From Eledone cirrhosa (Eukaryota), in assembly GCA_964016885.1 (NCBI GenBank), contig OZ024740.1, positions 362,328,001-362,392,000 of the forward strand: 64,000 nt of DNA. The letters run 5' to 3'. Below are positions 40,560 to 53,850 of this stretch, piece by piece. The notes beneath the pieces were generated by a model. That model had not been told where the DNA came from. It did no database searches and saw nothing but the letters and a program-made list of their open reading frames with translations. Every line of letters begins with the position of its first letter. Within the stretch, counting starts at the first letter, position 1. The position numbers and the translations under genes were made by a program.

Positions 40560-41000
40560 TTCATTGCCCAGGAGTTGCCTTCTTGTGGAATTATGTTAAG
40601 CAGCTACTGTCACGTATAGGACGAACCCGGTTTTCTGCTGAGTTCATCGTCAGGATTACCCCACCATCTTCATTTAACATCAAAGGAGAGGCAGTTTTCC
40701 TCTGTCTGGTGGCTATGGCAAAAGAAGTTATATGGTGGACTAGATTGAAAGGACTGGGGGCAAACATCTTCCTCTCTGGACAACAACTCATCCCCTTTTT
40801 CAAATACCATTTTAAAAGGAACGTGAGGGTGGAGAGAGTGATGTTGCATCCCAGTAAACTGGCTGAAAGGGGGGGGGGTGAATGTGGCGAAAATGGCCCA
40901 AGTGAATGGACCTATTCTATATATAAACCTGTAGGTTGAAAACAAGAAAGAAGACAGGAGCACTTACAAAACATGCTCTTAGTGTTAAGGGTTGTTCTAT
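40560..41000 (+). mobile_element. L1/Tx1-like LINE 3' fragment
   Basis: H..C..V..LWNYV and MAKEVIWWTRLKG resemble the L1/Tx1 ORF2 C-terminus; homologous to about 31960-32120. Confidence 0.5.
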
Positions 41001-41095
41001 CTACAGGGTGTAAAACAACCCTGTTGTGATGTTCCCACCATTGAGGATATTAATTATTTATAATTGTTAAATTTATTTACACGCTTCCATGTAAA

Positions 41096-41119
<24 letters not shown>

Positions 41120-41126
<7 letters not shown>

Positions 41127-41900
41127 TCACTTAGGTTTTTATCAACAATTGGAGTTCATCAGATTGTTGCCTTTAAGGAAGAGAATTATCTATGATTTCA
41201 CCACCTTCTCAAATATCTTAATTATATGAGAAATGAGTGAGATCAGACGGTAATTCACTACAAGGGAATTGTTTCCCTTTTTGAAAACTGGTACGACAGA
41301 CTGGGACAGAAAAATTTTCAGGGATATAGTCAGTGTCCAGTGAGTTCTTCCACGGATTAGGTAGAAGAGATGCAAATTGGTGTTGACACACATTCAGGAC
41401 ACTAGCAGGGAACCTATTGGGGCCAACTGCTGAGTTGTATTTAATTTTGTTTATTGCCGCTAAGACATCAGGGGCACCAAACGTTATGTCAGATATAGTG
41501 TGTTGGGAATTAACATCACTGATACAGCCAGATCAGCCATATCAGAATTGCTGAAAACAGAGCAGTATTGTTTCTGCAGTGTCTCTCCCATGGTTTTAGC
41601 ATTGTCTTGGAGAGTGCCATTTTCATAAATCAGAGAGCCAACAGTGGATTCAGTGACCTTGTGTTCTTTTGCAAATGAAAAGAAGGCTTTAGGGCTGAGT
41701 TTGATTTTCTCAAAGGCCCATTCTTCCTCAGCTGTTCTTTGGTTATTGATAATGGTTTACATGCACTTTTGGAGATTATGTTTTTCGTTTTGAACAGAGC
41801 AATAGCTGTTGAATGTGTGTGTTGCTGTTGGCAGTATTTTAGTTTGTTGATTTTTTTATTTTTCTGATAATAGTTTTTCTCTTTTCAATTATTTATCCTC
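41120..41900 (-). mobile_element. CR1/Jockey-group LINE fragment
   Basis: VVPVFKKGNNSLVVNYRLISLISHIIKIFEKVV is an RT domain 1-2 motif. Confidence 0.75.
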
Positions 41901-41947
41901 ACTACATGATATATTGAGTGCCTTAATTGACTATGGCCACCCTTCTG

Positions 41948-42028
<81 letters not shown>

Positions 42029-42029
42029 T

Positions 42030-42670
42030 TACTTGAGAGAAGACTACGTTGGTGTGGCCACGTGATGCGCATGAAAGACGACAGCTGTATAAAAAAGTGC
42101 AGGGCGATCAAAATTGATGGTAGTTATGGAGTAGGTAGACCCAGAAAAACCTGGGATGATCTGATAAATTCCGACCTTACACGCACCTCTCTAAGACAAT
42201 GTCACTGGACCGAGATCTTTGGCGCTACGCAGTAATACAGAAGACCCGCCTTGCTTATGTACAAAGCGAAACCTACAGTCAGTAGGCACCTCTTAACCAA
42301 ATATACACCCGAATCCACTACCCCTACCCTATCCTCCCACTCCCACCAACACTACCCTCTCTCTGTAAAGTTGGTACCACAACATCCAGTCCAAATAAAT
42401 GAGATAATGAGATCGAGATCGTGTAGGTGTCACGAGAAAAAACACACAGCCCCATGTTGTAATGTGGCCATGTAGGTAACACGATAAAAAGTTCCCAGTT
42501 CCACACTGTAAATCTGGTTGGTGTTAGGAAGGGCATCCAGCCGTAGAAAACCTGCCAAATAGTCCTATATGAGCGAGACACGGTCACCCGACTAACCTTG
42601 CCTCAAGTGGGACAACTCCCGTCTAACCTTTGCTAGCGTGGAAAATGGACGTTAAACGATGATGATGATA
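42030..42670 (+). mobile_element. RTE LINE 3' fragment with UTR
   Basis: LLERRLRWCGHVMRMKDD..GRPRKTW; UTR matches 14655-14885; (GAT)n tail. Confidence 0.85.
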
Positions 42671-42686
42671 TGTATGTATGTAAATA

Positions 42687-42762
<76 letters not shown>

Positions 42763-42925
42763 TATTTACATACATACATACATATATACATGCATACATA
42801 CATACATGCACACACAGATATATATGTATATTATATATAAATTTAATTTAGAATAAATCGTTTTCAAATACAAAAACAGATAAAGGTAGGTGAACCATTG
42901 TCTCATATAATTGATTAACTAATAA

Positions 42926-44662
42926 CCCAGTGTAACAAAAAAATGGTTTTCTCTGTTCCTGGCTTGTAATCACTTTTTTTGTGTTGCTTAGGTCCCAAAT
43001 AAATTTTTAAAAAAGTGTTATTAAACAGTTAAAAGTTTGGGTTTGTAAAAATTCTAAGCTATTCACTAGAATTATTTGTATGCTGGATTTTACGTTGTAT
43101 GTAAGTTTAATTTGCTTATGTTAAAGGATTTTTTAATATATGTTTCAGGTTAAATTAAAATTATAAAATAAAGAGTAATACCTAAATAAAATTATAAAAG
43201 TGCAATAAAGTATAAAATTTTTAAAAAGTGGATTAAAGAGATTTATTGATACTGGATTTTCGCACCCTGAATAAAGGGTAAGTTGTGTTTTAAGCATTCG
43301 TCTCCAGGATGAAGCTGTGGAAGTTGGTCTAGGAGGAAGTGAAGGTGACAAGTCAGAAAAGTCGACACGAACCTTTCTCAGCTTTTTACACTCTTAGGGA
43401 TGGCCTTTGCTTCTGCCATGACGTGCCTGGACTGTTTGACGGTATTGGGTGCCGTTTGTGCCCAAGGAGTGGCGGTTATTTATAGACAGCTCCACCACAA
43501 GTTTGAAGGCTGTCCTCCTCCACAATGGAAACAAGTTCTCGACACTGCCCCTAGCTCATTCAGTCTGCCTGAAGGAAGATTACTACAGTGTGAAAGTCCT
43601 CTTGGAAGCTCTGCAATACAACCAGTACAATTGGGAAATCATTGGAGACTTCAAGATGGTGGCTTTCCTGCTTGGGCTCTAAGGGGGCTTTATCGAGTTC
43701 CAATGCTTCCTCTGCCTTTGGGACAGCAGAGCCACCTCTGACCACTACAAACGAAAGAACTGGGAGCAGTGAACAGAATTTGTAGTTGGGACCCGGAATG
43801 TCATGTGGGAGCCACTGGTTGATCCCAGGATTGTGCTCATGCCGCCACTGCACATTAAGTTGGGGTTGATGAAGCAGTTTGTGAAGGCTCTCGACCAAGA
43901 ATCAGCCGCTGTTAAGTACCTTCTTGAGTTCTTCCCCAAGTTATCTGAGGCCAAAATCAAAGGTGGAATTTTTTTGTTGGACCTCAGATAAAGAAGGTGT
44001 TTCAGTCTACTGAGTTCTCCAATAAGCTGAACGGGATTGAGATAACAGCATGGAACTGTTTCAAGGCAGTTGTTAAGGGCTTCCTGGGCAACTACAGAGC
44101 TGAAAACTACCAGCAACTGGTGCAGGATCTGATAAAGGCTTTTGGCGCCATGGGATGCAGGATGTCGCTTAAACTTCATATGCTGGACGCTCACCTGGAA
44201 AAATTCAAGGACAATATGGGCGCCTACTCAGAAGAACAAGGCGAACGATTCCACCAAGATGTGAAAGAGATAGAGCGGAGGTACCAGGGCCACTACAATG
44301 AAAAATTGATGGGGGACTATATCTGGGGGCTAGTGCGGGAATGCGACCTGGGCTACAACCGAAAATCCAGTCATTTCTGACGTGTATAAGTTGCTTTATA
44401 AGTGTTATTTGTTTTTACTTGTTTGCTTTTGATAAGCTTGTGTAATAAAATAAACATATACTCTGTTGATTTAATTATATGAACTGATAAATTTTTTTTT
44501 AAATGTGTTTTTTCTTGAAAAATATGAAAATTTCGAAATATCAAACTTCTGAATATAAACCCAAACTTCTGATTAAATAATAGTGTTTTTTTATAATAAT
44601 GGGATATGACAAACCAGGAAATGATACTTAGAAACAGGGAACAACAAATATGTTACGCGGTG
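42926..44662 (+). mobile_element. Chapaev3-like (CMC) DNA transposon, decayed
   Basis: TAA|CCCAGTGTAACA ... TGTTACGCGGTG|TAA (3-bp TWA TSD); transposase motifs FIDSS..SLKAVLLHNGN, GDFKMVAFLLG, PPLHIKLGLMKQFVKAL, SEEQGERFHQD; several stops and frameshifts. Confidence 0.8.
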
Positions 44663-44749
44663 TAACATATGAGATGAAAGATATGTGCGTTAATTAAGAT
44701 ATGATATAATTAACAATCTTTGATCTTATTTTCAGTGTATACATTATAT

Positions 44750-44786
<37 letters not shown>

Positions 44787-44816
44787 AGATCAAAAGATGG
44801 TTAAAAGAGTTCCATG

Positions 44817-44862
44817 TATTTTATTATGCGCATTTCAAAAACAAATATCATCAGATAAAATA
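44817..44862 (-). ncRNA. Minimal hammerhead motif with unpaired domain II
   Basis: TATTTTAT-CTGATGA-tatttgttttt-GAAA-TGCGCA-TA-ATAAAATA; in a short insert between TA tracts. Confidence 0.7.
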
Positions 44863-45143
44863 GGGAGACATGATATGAAGCTTAAAAAACACTTGCAAGC
44901 AGTGAAGTGTTAAATCAACATATATATATATATATATATATCATATTATATTATATCATATTATATATATATAAGGAAGAGATTGAAAATGCAACTGGAG
45001 TCTTTAAGAATATTTATTTATTTATTTTACATGTGGGTCATCTTTTTATTTAAAAAAAACACATTTTCCTATATATATATATATATATATATAGGAGGAG
45101 GTTATAGTTTACTTGAAGCATTGTGTAATGAGGTATAAACGTT

Positions 45144-45424
45144 TGAATATGTATAATAAAGCCAAAACAATGCAGGTATGGACATAGAAAAAAGAATGAA
45201 ATTGCAAAAGATATTGTTGACAAATCGTCTTTTACCTTAGATTTATTTAAATGTCCTTAATTTTCGAGATAATATCTCTTCTTCAGAGGGAAATAAAGGT
45301 CTCAAACCAGCGTTCTAAATATCTTGCCAAGCCATGCTGACGATTTGTCAACAATATCTTTTGCAATTTCATTCTTTTTTCTATGTCCATACCTGCATTG
45401 TTTTGGCTTTATTATACATATTCA
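45144..45424. repeat. 86-bp inverted repeat enclosing an HHR-like motif
   Basis: Arms 45144-45229 / 45339-45424; TA tracts on both sides of the insert. Confidence 0.85.
45254..45290 (-). ncRNA. Possible minimal hammerhead motif
   Basis: CCT-CTGAAGA-a GAGAT att ATCTC-GAAA-AT-TA-AGG; short helix I and one extra A before helix II. Confidence 0.45.
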
Positions 45425-45687
45425 TATATATATATATATATATATATATGAAAATAGAGAAATTAATGTGAGCAAGAAGCCAACAGTATTTCATAATATA
45501 TAACGTCAAGATGGAAAATATTTAACGTAAGGAATGGGAAAATAATTCAAACTTAATTTTTAAAAAAGAGTCAAGACAGAAATTTTATCCACAGATTTTG
45601 TGAAATCCAAGGAAAAACCAATAGAGTCTTAACTCAGAATAAAATTAAGGTTAAATACTCATCCTTCAATTTGGAAAAACTACAAAT

Positions 45688-45768
45688 GCTCTATATAGTC
45701 TTAAAAAAACTATTTCACGAAACTTTTCAGTGGGGTTAGTCACGGTTGGAATCGTTCATCAGTAGAGC
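45688..45768 (-). ncRNA. Canonical type I hammerhead ribozyme with stable helix III
   Basis: GCTCTA-CTGATGA-ACGA(31 nt)TCGT-GAAA-TAGTTTT ttt AAGACTA-TA-TAGAGC. Confidence 0.85.
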
Positions 45769-46524
45769 TCAAACACGATAACCAAAAGCCACTGCTAAAA
45801 TATGCCAGAAAGGGAATTTAAAAGCAGGCTAGTATACCTCTTTGTGAACATTTGATCATTCAAGAATAATAATCATTTTTATCATTTTTCTTCATTCTCC
45901 TATGTTCATATGATACATATATATTTATAGGTTTATTTACCATTAAATTATCTTTATATGTTTTACTTTTTTAATTTTTATGTTCTACTTATTTTTATAT
46001 TTATTTGTATCTTTGTTTTGATTTACTTCTTCAGGATTCTTAAACAGCCTGTGTAAAGAGTGAGTTGAACTTTAATCATTTATACCCATCTATAGAATCT
46101 GTAATATCAGAGTTAAACTGCATTAGTGTGTAATGACTTAAGTAATTATCAATGGTTTTAAGCCAACTTTGTAATCTACTTTGGCATGGTTTCTCCTTGG
46201 TTACTCACTTGCATGTTCCATTGTCCTGTGCCCCCCACCATTTGGTCTGTTTACCTGTTTTTTCTCTTTTTTCCTCTCTCCTCACTACTTTTCCCCTTTT
46301 TTCTTCTTTTTTCTTTTCTTTCCCTCCTGGCCTTTTGATCGATAAAAGACCTTGGGTGTGCCACTGATCACTTTTTGATGTCCTGTATTAAGCACCGAAA
46401 CATCTATGATCTCGGTTTACAGCTGATGAAGGATTTCTTCTCTTGTTTCGTCCATACTACCATCTTAAACTTTATTTACAGTAACCACACAGCTCATTTC
46501 GTTTCTTATAATTTTATATACATA

Positions 46525-46583
<59 letters not shown>

Positions 46584-48369
46584 ACACACACACACCCACA
46601 TGAGGCCTCTGGCATTACTACACAGTAGTACAGAAGACTCGACTTCCCATGAGTGCAGGTCAAAGCTGAAGCATATATACAGTGTGCACCCCCCCCCCCC
46701 CACACACACACACACTGTAAATGAGTTTGGCATTAAGAAGGGAATCCAGCTGTAGAAATCAAGCCCAAATCATTTCTGTATGAACAAGACATGGTCACCT
46801 GACCTAGCATTGCCCACAATAGGACAACTCGTATAACCCATGCTAGCGTGGAAAAATGGATGTAAAACAGTGATGATGATGATGTTGATGATATAAATAT
46901 ATATATGCGTGTGTGTGTGTCTGTGTCTATGTCGGTGTATGTATGTATATATGTATATACATCTACTGTTCTAATCACTACCTGTCCACCTACTGTCCCC
47001 TTTCCTACTCACTGTACCATCCTCCATTATCTTTGTCATCATCACTTTATGTCTCTCCCATTATCATCTCTCTACTACTTATAGAAGTTAGATGTAGGAA
47101 AAGTATATTAACGTTTCATTCATTAGTCCCTCATCAAAAGATAGAATGAGTCATACAAGAAATAAAAAGATAAATGAGACTGAAAAGAGAAAGAAACAAA
47201 ATTTCTTTTGTGGAAAGAAAGCACATGTGTCTTTAGTCACATATTTATATATATATATAAAATGTGGGAATCCAAATGCAGAAAATAACCGTATATCTTG
47301 AATACAATCCAAGTACATTAGCCATTATGCTAAGTGGTGGTTGACAATGAATTCCATACTCTAACCTCTAATCTTCAATTACTTCCTTACAATCTATAAT
47401 AATATCTCAATAACTGGATTTAAATTACATTTCTTTGTTGTTGTTGCTATTTAGCTCCAGGTCAGCTTTGAAAACAAACTTATTATTAACCCTTCTGCGA
47501 CCTTATTTTATCAGAAATAAATTGTATTTCAATTAATTAATGAAGAATTTTGAGCAATTTTCTAAAATTATTAATTTCAAAGGATGAATAACATTAATGT
47601 ACATAGAGTGAGCTGAGAGAAAAACTGGGTATAAGAGAAATCAGTGGGTCAAAGAGAAGACTATACTAGTATGGAGGTGTGAAGTATTTGAATGATAATT
47701 GTTGTATAAAGAATTGTTAAGCAATTCCAAGGGGAGGAAGCAACAATAGAGATAGACCAAGAAAGAAGTGGTGAGGGCTGATCACCAAATGTTCAACTTC
47801 ACAAAGATGACAAATGCTGAAATAAGACCTGTGAGACCCATTCCAGCATCAAAAAGCAAGCACATAAAAGGATGGTGATGATGATGATAATGATAATAAT
47901 TTCCTTACTAAAGTAGTAACTTAATACATGGTATTTATACAAAACTAGTGGACAAGTGCCAGTATTTAATATTCGGCGTCCAAGATTGATACACCATATA
48001 TACCAAGATTACTGGGTATATGAGCCATCATACAAATTGGAAAATTTGCATTTTGATAAATTTCTGGTTTGCATAATAGAAACCATATAGTTTGTGTTGA
48101 TTACTGACATGTGCAAATTATTAAAGATAAAAATTATATTTTAATCATTTATTTCTAGGATATAATTGAATAAATAATGTTTAGCATATATATATATATA
48201 TATACATACAAATGACATACAATATCAAATATATGCATAAGTTTGTAGAAATAATTATTTACAGGGACAAATCAGGATGTAAGGATTGGAAAGTGAACTT
48301 ATTGTAGCAACATTACTGATATAAGAAATGCATTGTGGTTGTATATGTTTGTGTATATAAATTTTGAAG

Positions 48370-51300
48370 AGAAATTAATTCATGTATAAATATCTCTCTC
48401 GCTGAACGTATTAAAATGACAATGTTTAATAAAAAAAAAAAATAATAAAAAAAAAAAAAAAAAAAGAAGAAGTAATGAAATATTACGTGTTATTGACGAA
48501 ATAGGGGATGAATATTTACGACGGATAAAAACCCCAACATGTTGGCAAATCAACTCCTGTTTATATGCCTTAGCAACGACAGTAAAGCATTATCTTGGTG
48601 ATAGCAGAGATATTAACAAGAACAGAACACCACCAAAAATACCATCATATATAATTAAAATAGGAAAAAAGATTGCTGACTTACGAAAAACGATAGGATA
48701 TGTGACAATGCTCCTTACATGCAAACAAACACAAAAAAACCTCCCTCCTCACCAACAAAGAGTGAAAAATAAAATAGAGACGATGTTTGGTAACAGTAGA
48801 ACCAGAACTCTTCAATATAAGCTGAGCACCCTCAAACAAGAATTGAGAGCTGTTAGAAAAAAATATGAAGAACAAAATAATAAGTGTTACTGAGGCCTCA
48901 TCCCAGAAAGACATAGATTCCTTTTGGAGCAAAATATGGGGTGAAAAGAAGAATTTCAACCAAGATACAGTGGGGCTAAGAGAAATCCGAAAGAACTATT
49001 GCTCCTACACTACAACAAAAACATACAAAATAAGTGAGGGTACCCTTGAGACTGTGATAGGAAAACACCAGGAAGAGACATGATTGTCAGCTACTGGTAC
49101 AAAAAACTGATATTCTATCAGAGGTATCTTACTGACCTCTACCAACAAGTTCTTAAGGGAGATACACTTATACCAGAATGGTTAACATTAGCACAAACAT
49201 TACTGGTGCCCAAGAACAAAGACACCAACTTGGCAAAATCTACCGACCCATTGCATGCCAGAACATGATGTATAAGATGTATACAGCCTGCCTGAATCTA
49301 TTCACTGTGAAAATAATAACATCATCACAGATGAACAAGCAGCTGGAAAGAAAGGGTTTGGGGATGTGCTGAGCAACTCCCAATCAACAAAACTGCTATG
49401 TCAGAGGTGCAATAGCTTAGGGGAATATGGCTACAGTATGGCTGGACTACAGGAAAGCTTTCGATTCTGTTCCCCACTCTCGGATGATAGAGGCCCTCCA
49501 ACTTGCTAAAGTCCCAGACATTATTGTCAGAGCCATAGAGAGGCTGTCTTCTTCTTGGGCTACTATCCTAAGGTTAAAGACAGAGGGAGAGGACTCTATT
49601 TTCACTGATAAAATAAAATATTGCAGGGGTATTTTTCAGGGGTACAGTCTCTCTGTGATATTGTTCATCTTGTCATTAAACCCCTTGTCCTTTCTGCTCA
49701 AGAAATGTGAGGGATACATCATTGGCTCACAGGAGGACAGAAATACGAACCTAACCCATAATTTATTTGTGGACGATCTGAAACTCTATGCCAAGAACAT
49801 GGATGGGATGAAGAAAAATTTTGACCTGGTTACAATGTTCTCAAAGGATATAGGAATGGAGTTTGGCCAAGATAAATGCTCATACATGACTGTAAAGCGA
49901 GGGAAAACAACAACCCAATCTAGCAACATTGTCATCAATGGCCTAACTGTTTCACCAATATCTGATGAGGACTGCTACAGATACCTGGGGATAGATGAGA
50001 ACATATCCTATAATGGTATCTGTAATAAAGAACACGTAACCAGGAAATACTACACCCGATTAAGAAAGATCTGGTCATCGGAACTCTCTGCGTAAAACAA
50101 AACAGTGGCTTACAGTGTGTTTGCTGTGCCTGTCCTAACACTAGCGTTTGGAATACTCAATTGGACGATAAACAAAATCCGAGTAGTTGATGTTGGAACT
50201 CTAAAAATACTAAACAACACCGGAAACTTCCACATCAACAGTGACATAGACCACCTTTACTTGAAACAAGCAGAGAGGCAGAGGCCTAACATCAGTCCAG
50301 ACAAGATTTGAATGTCGCATCATATCTCTCCGACAACATCTACGAACCTCGAAGCGTAGGAGCCCGTTTCTCGAGCAAGTCTATCTGCATAAGATCATGA
50401 GAGTTGGGAAGGAACTCCTCGAGAGATATTCCCTGTGTGATAATCAAAAACTCACACCCAGCAGTATTGCAGTGAATCCATGGATGAAAAACTGCATGCT
50501 TATCAGCAAAAAATCATGCATGGATATGTTGCCAGGAAGCTCCAGAGTGAGAGTAATATAGATAAGGAAAGTAGTCTATCTTGGACCAACAACCGCTATA
50601 TTGGCTCCCACTTTGAAGGATACGCTTTTGCAATTCAAGAACAGGAGATTAACACGAAATGCCTGATTCACAAAAGAGATATGGATGCAGGCAAAACACC
50701 TAGATGTGATAACAAGTGCAGACTCTGCAGAACTAATATCGAGGATATCACCCATGTCATCAGCAGCTGTCCAAAGATGTCATCGCGGTACTATCTACCT
50801 ATGAGGCATGATGTAGTGGCCAAAACACTGTGCAATGAAGTTCGTAAAAAAGATAGCCCCGATAATAAACACATTAAAAGCTACAGCAATGTGAAAGACA
50901 TCCATGTACATAATATGAAAGAGTACTGGTGGAATGTTCCAGTAAAAACCCCAATAAAATGCAGGCATAACAGACCAGATATTATGATATGGGACAGGGA
51001 GAAGAAAACATGCACAGTAGTGGAAATTAGCTGCCCAGCAGATGCCAATATAATATCAAAGATTAGCGGAAAGGAGAATATTTATGCAGAACTGATGAGA
51101 AATCTGCAAATTCTCCACCCTGATTACACCTTTAGATTTATGCCTGTGATTATTGGGGCACTGGGATATGTTAGTAACTGCCTCAATACAAATCTTGAGA
51201 AGCTTGGCTTCACAGGAACAGAAAGAACACAACTAGCTAGGAAATTACAAGTACAATCCATTAATGCAACAGTAAAAATATGTAAAACATTCCAAAAATG

Positions 51301-51538
51301 TTGCATCTAATAACTGCATATAAACATGTACAGATACAAAGCATATACACATGCACACATACAACTCAAAACATCCACATCCACACATACAATAACATCC
51401 ATATCTACACATGCATGCATACATACATACCTACCTAGTTGATGTTGTGTAAATTCCAATGAGAGAGTCATGTGTCTATGTTAGAAACCGACTCTCTCTT
51501 TATTGGGAAAAAATTTGTGAAATTATAAAACCAGAAGA

Positions 51539-51540
<2 letters not shown>
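48370..51540 (+). mobile_element. R4/Dong-clade LINE, copy 2 (longer, frameshifted)
   Basis: YRPIACQN, WLDYRKAFDSVPH, FVDDLKLY, CCHC, RPDIMI..EISCP; 3' end abuts (CATA)n; 5' boundary approximate. Confidence 0.9.
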
Positions 51541-51572
<32 letters not shown>

Positions 51573-52959
51573 GTGTATTAGGCTTCCGCAGGTCCTGTCT
51601 ACCAAATTCCATTCACAAGGTAAACCCAAAGCTATAGCAAAAAAAAAAACACTTCCATAGTGAGATTGAACCTAGAACCCTGTTGTTGTGAAGTGAACGC
51701 CTTAACCACAGATATATGTGTATATATTTTCTCAAATAGATTGTTTTTATGCCCAGCATGACCACAGTCTAATATACATTTTTTTTTTCTTCTTCATCCA
51801 CGTATTCCTGGGAGGGTCGTGCAGACACACTCCTTAAGCACGAATTCCAATAAGCCCTGTCAATTTTTCCGGCTGGATCCCGAGGCTCTAAAAACGCCTA
51901 GACTTCAAGGATTTGAAAAAAGTATGAAATTGATAACACCAAAGCACTACAATATGACCAGAAACAATAATACACAACATATTTCTGCAATTTCTGTCTA
52001 CCAAATTTCACTTACAAGGCTATAGGAGAAAACGCTTTCCTAAGTTACCCACAGTGGGACTAAACCCAGAGCCACATGGTTGCAATTTGAACTCTTTAAC
52101 CACACTGTGATGTCTGCACCTTATATACTTATAGCTATCTATACTTATATTGTGCTGGCGTCATGATAAAATCCATCCAATACACTCTGTAAATTGTTAG
52201 TGCTAATGTCATGATGAAATGCACCCAGTCCACTCTGTAAAGGGGTTGGTGTTAGGAAGGATACGAAACTGTAGAAATCGTGCCAAAATGGAATACATGA
52301 GTAAGACAACCTGTCCAACCCATGACATCATGAAAAATCGAAATATGTTGATGATAAAATATGTTTAAATTGATACTTTTAAAGTCCTTTATCACCGAGG
52401 AATCAATTCTTTTGCATTCCAGAGAAATTCAAATCTGGTAAACATATGTTCAGAAAATATTACCAAATTTCTGACATAACTATTCTACTTAATTAAAGGG
52501 GAGAGGAGTAACAATATTTACCATATCATATTTTCATAGCAAATTTTGAATAATACATCTTTTGACTATTTTTTAAGTTTTAATTTTTTTGTTACCATTT
52601 TTTTAATGAAACATATTTCCTGTGATTTTCAATTAATTTTTTTAAAAATATATCTAAAAAGAATGGAGGAATTTATTAATGTAACTAACTTTCTCATAAA
52701 TAAGTTTTTGTTAAGAACATTTCTTATGAAAAGGTTCTTTCAAATAGTTATAGTGAGCATTTAGGTATAAACATGATCACTTTAAAACAACACATTTTTT
52801 AATCATAGAAATAGGGCTGTTTTCAAGCAGTTTGGTAGCAAAAGAATTACATATTTAGATGCAAATGTGAAATACTGAGGTAAATATTTCCAATTGAAAT
52901 TTAAAACAGAACATCAACAACAAAAAACACAATAATAATAATATAAATAATAATAATGA

Positions 52960-53850
52960 AAATATTGTGTACAGTGCTCAGGAGCACTACAACTCATCAA
53001 AAGTGTATGTATAGTACATAGGCTAATGTACAAACGTCAGGAAAATGAACAGAGCATGAGTCATGATATACACATGTGTGCATGTGTATGGAAGGGGGAC
53101 ATCAGGTGTAGTTTTGGCGAATTTCGGGAAGCATGAGGGTTTTAAAGGATGCAGTGTCTCGGCAGCTAACAACTGACGCAGGCAGTTTGTTCCATGCTTC
53201 AGCAACTCTAAGCATGAAAAATGTTTCTGAAAGTCATGGGAGCTGTGCTGTTTTCTGACTTTGTAGGCATGTCCACGTGTGTTAGACACATGGAAATCAA
53301 AAAAGGTGCTCAGGGTTGTTGTTGGCGAGATGGTTAATAACTTTGTGGGTGTTTACCAAGTCCATTGCCAGACGACGGAGCTTCAGTGAATCCATGCCCA
53401 GGGAAGCAAGGCATTTAGAGTATGGTAGGTGTCTGATGGCAATTTTAGAGATTTGTTTTGTCCAACACAAATCGCTGCTGAAAGTAATGCCCAGGTCACA
53501 TTCACAAGAGTACTTCTTGATATCAGTGTTGTGGAGGGAGTATGTGGACGCTGGATTTTTCCTCCCAAAATGCATGGTGCTACACTTGTCCACAGCCAGC
53601 TTCAGTTGCCAATCTGTGATCCATTGCTGCATTATGTCCAGGTCTGATTGTAGGAAAGAGTTATAGATTTCAGGATCTGTCCTTTTGATTTCAAGGTACA
53701 GCTTGATGCCATCTGCATATTTCAGTACTGTGGCATTCTTTAAGTTGGCATCTATGTCATTAATGTATGCAACAAACAAAAGGGGACCAAGAACAGATCC
53801 CTGTGGTTCACCAGATGACATCTCATATGGTGAAGAATGCTGTCCTAGAA
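52960..53850 (-). mobile_element. CR1-like LINE 3' fragment
   Basis: GEPQGSVLGPLLFVAYIND, KYADGIKL, WQLKLAVDKC, NTRGH.YK; (TTA)n tail. Confidence 0.85.

Noticed and set aside
46414-46486. CTGATGA with possible helix II AGGAT/ATCTT as an HHR
   Set aside because: G12 is missing and helix I is imperfect; at best a decayed HHR.
51456-51506. SECIS element in the R4 3' UTR, or in the tail hairpins
   Set aside because: Lacks the 3' GA of the tandem G.A quartet in the correct register.
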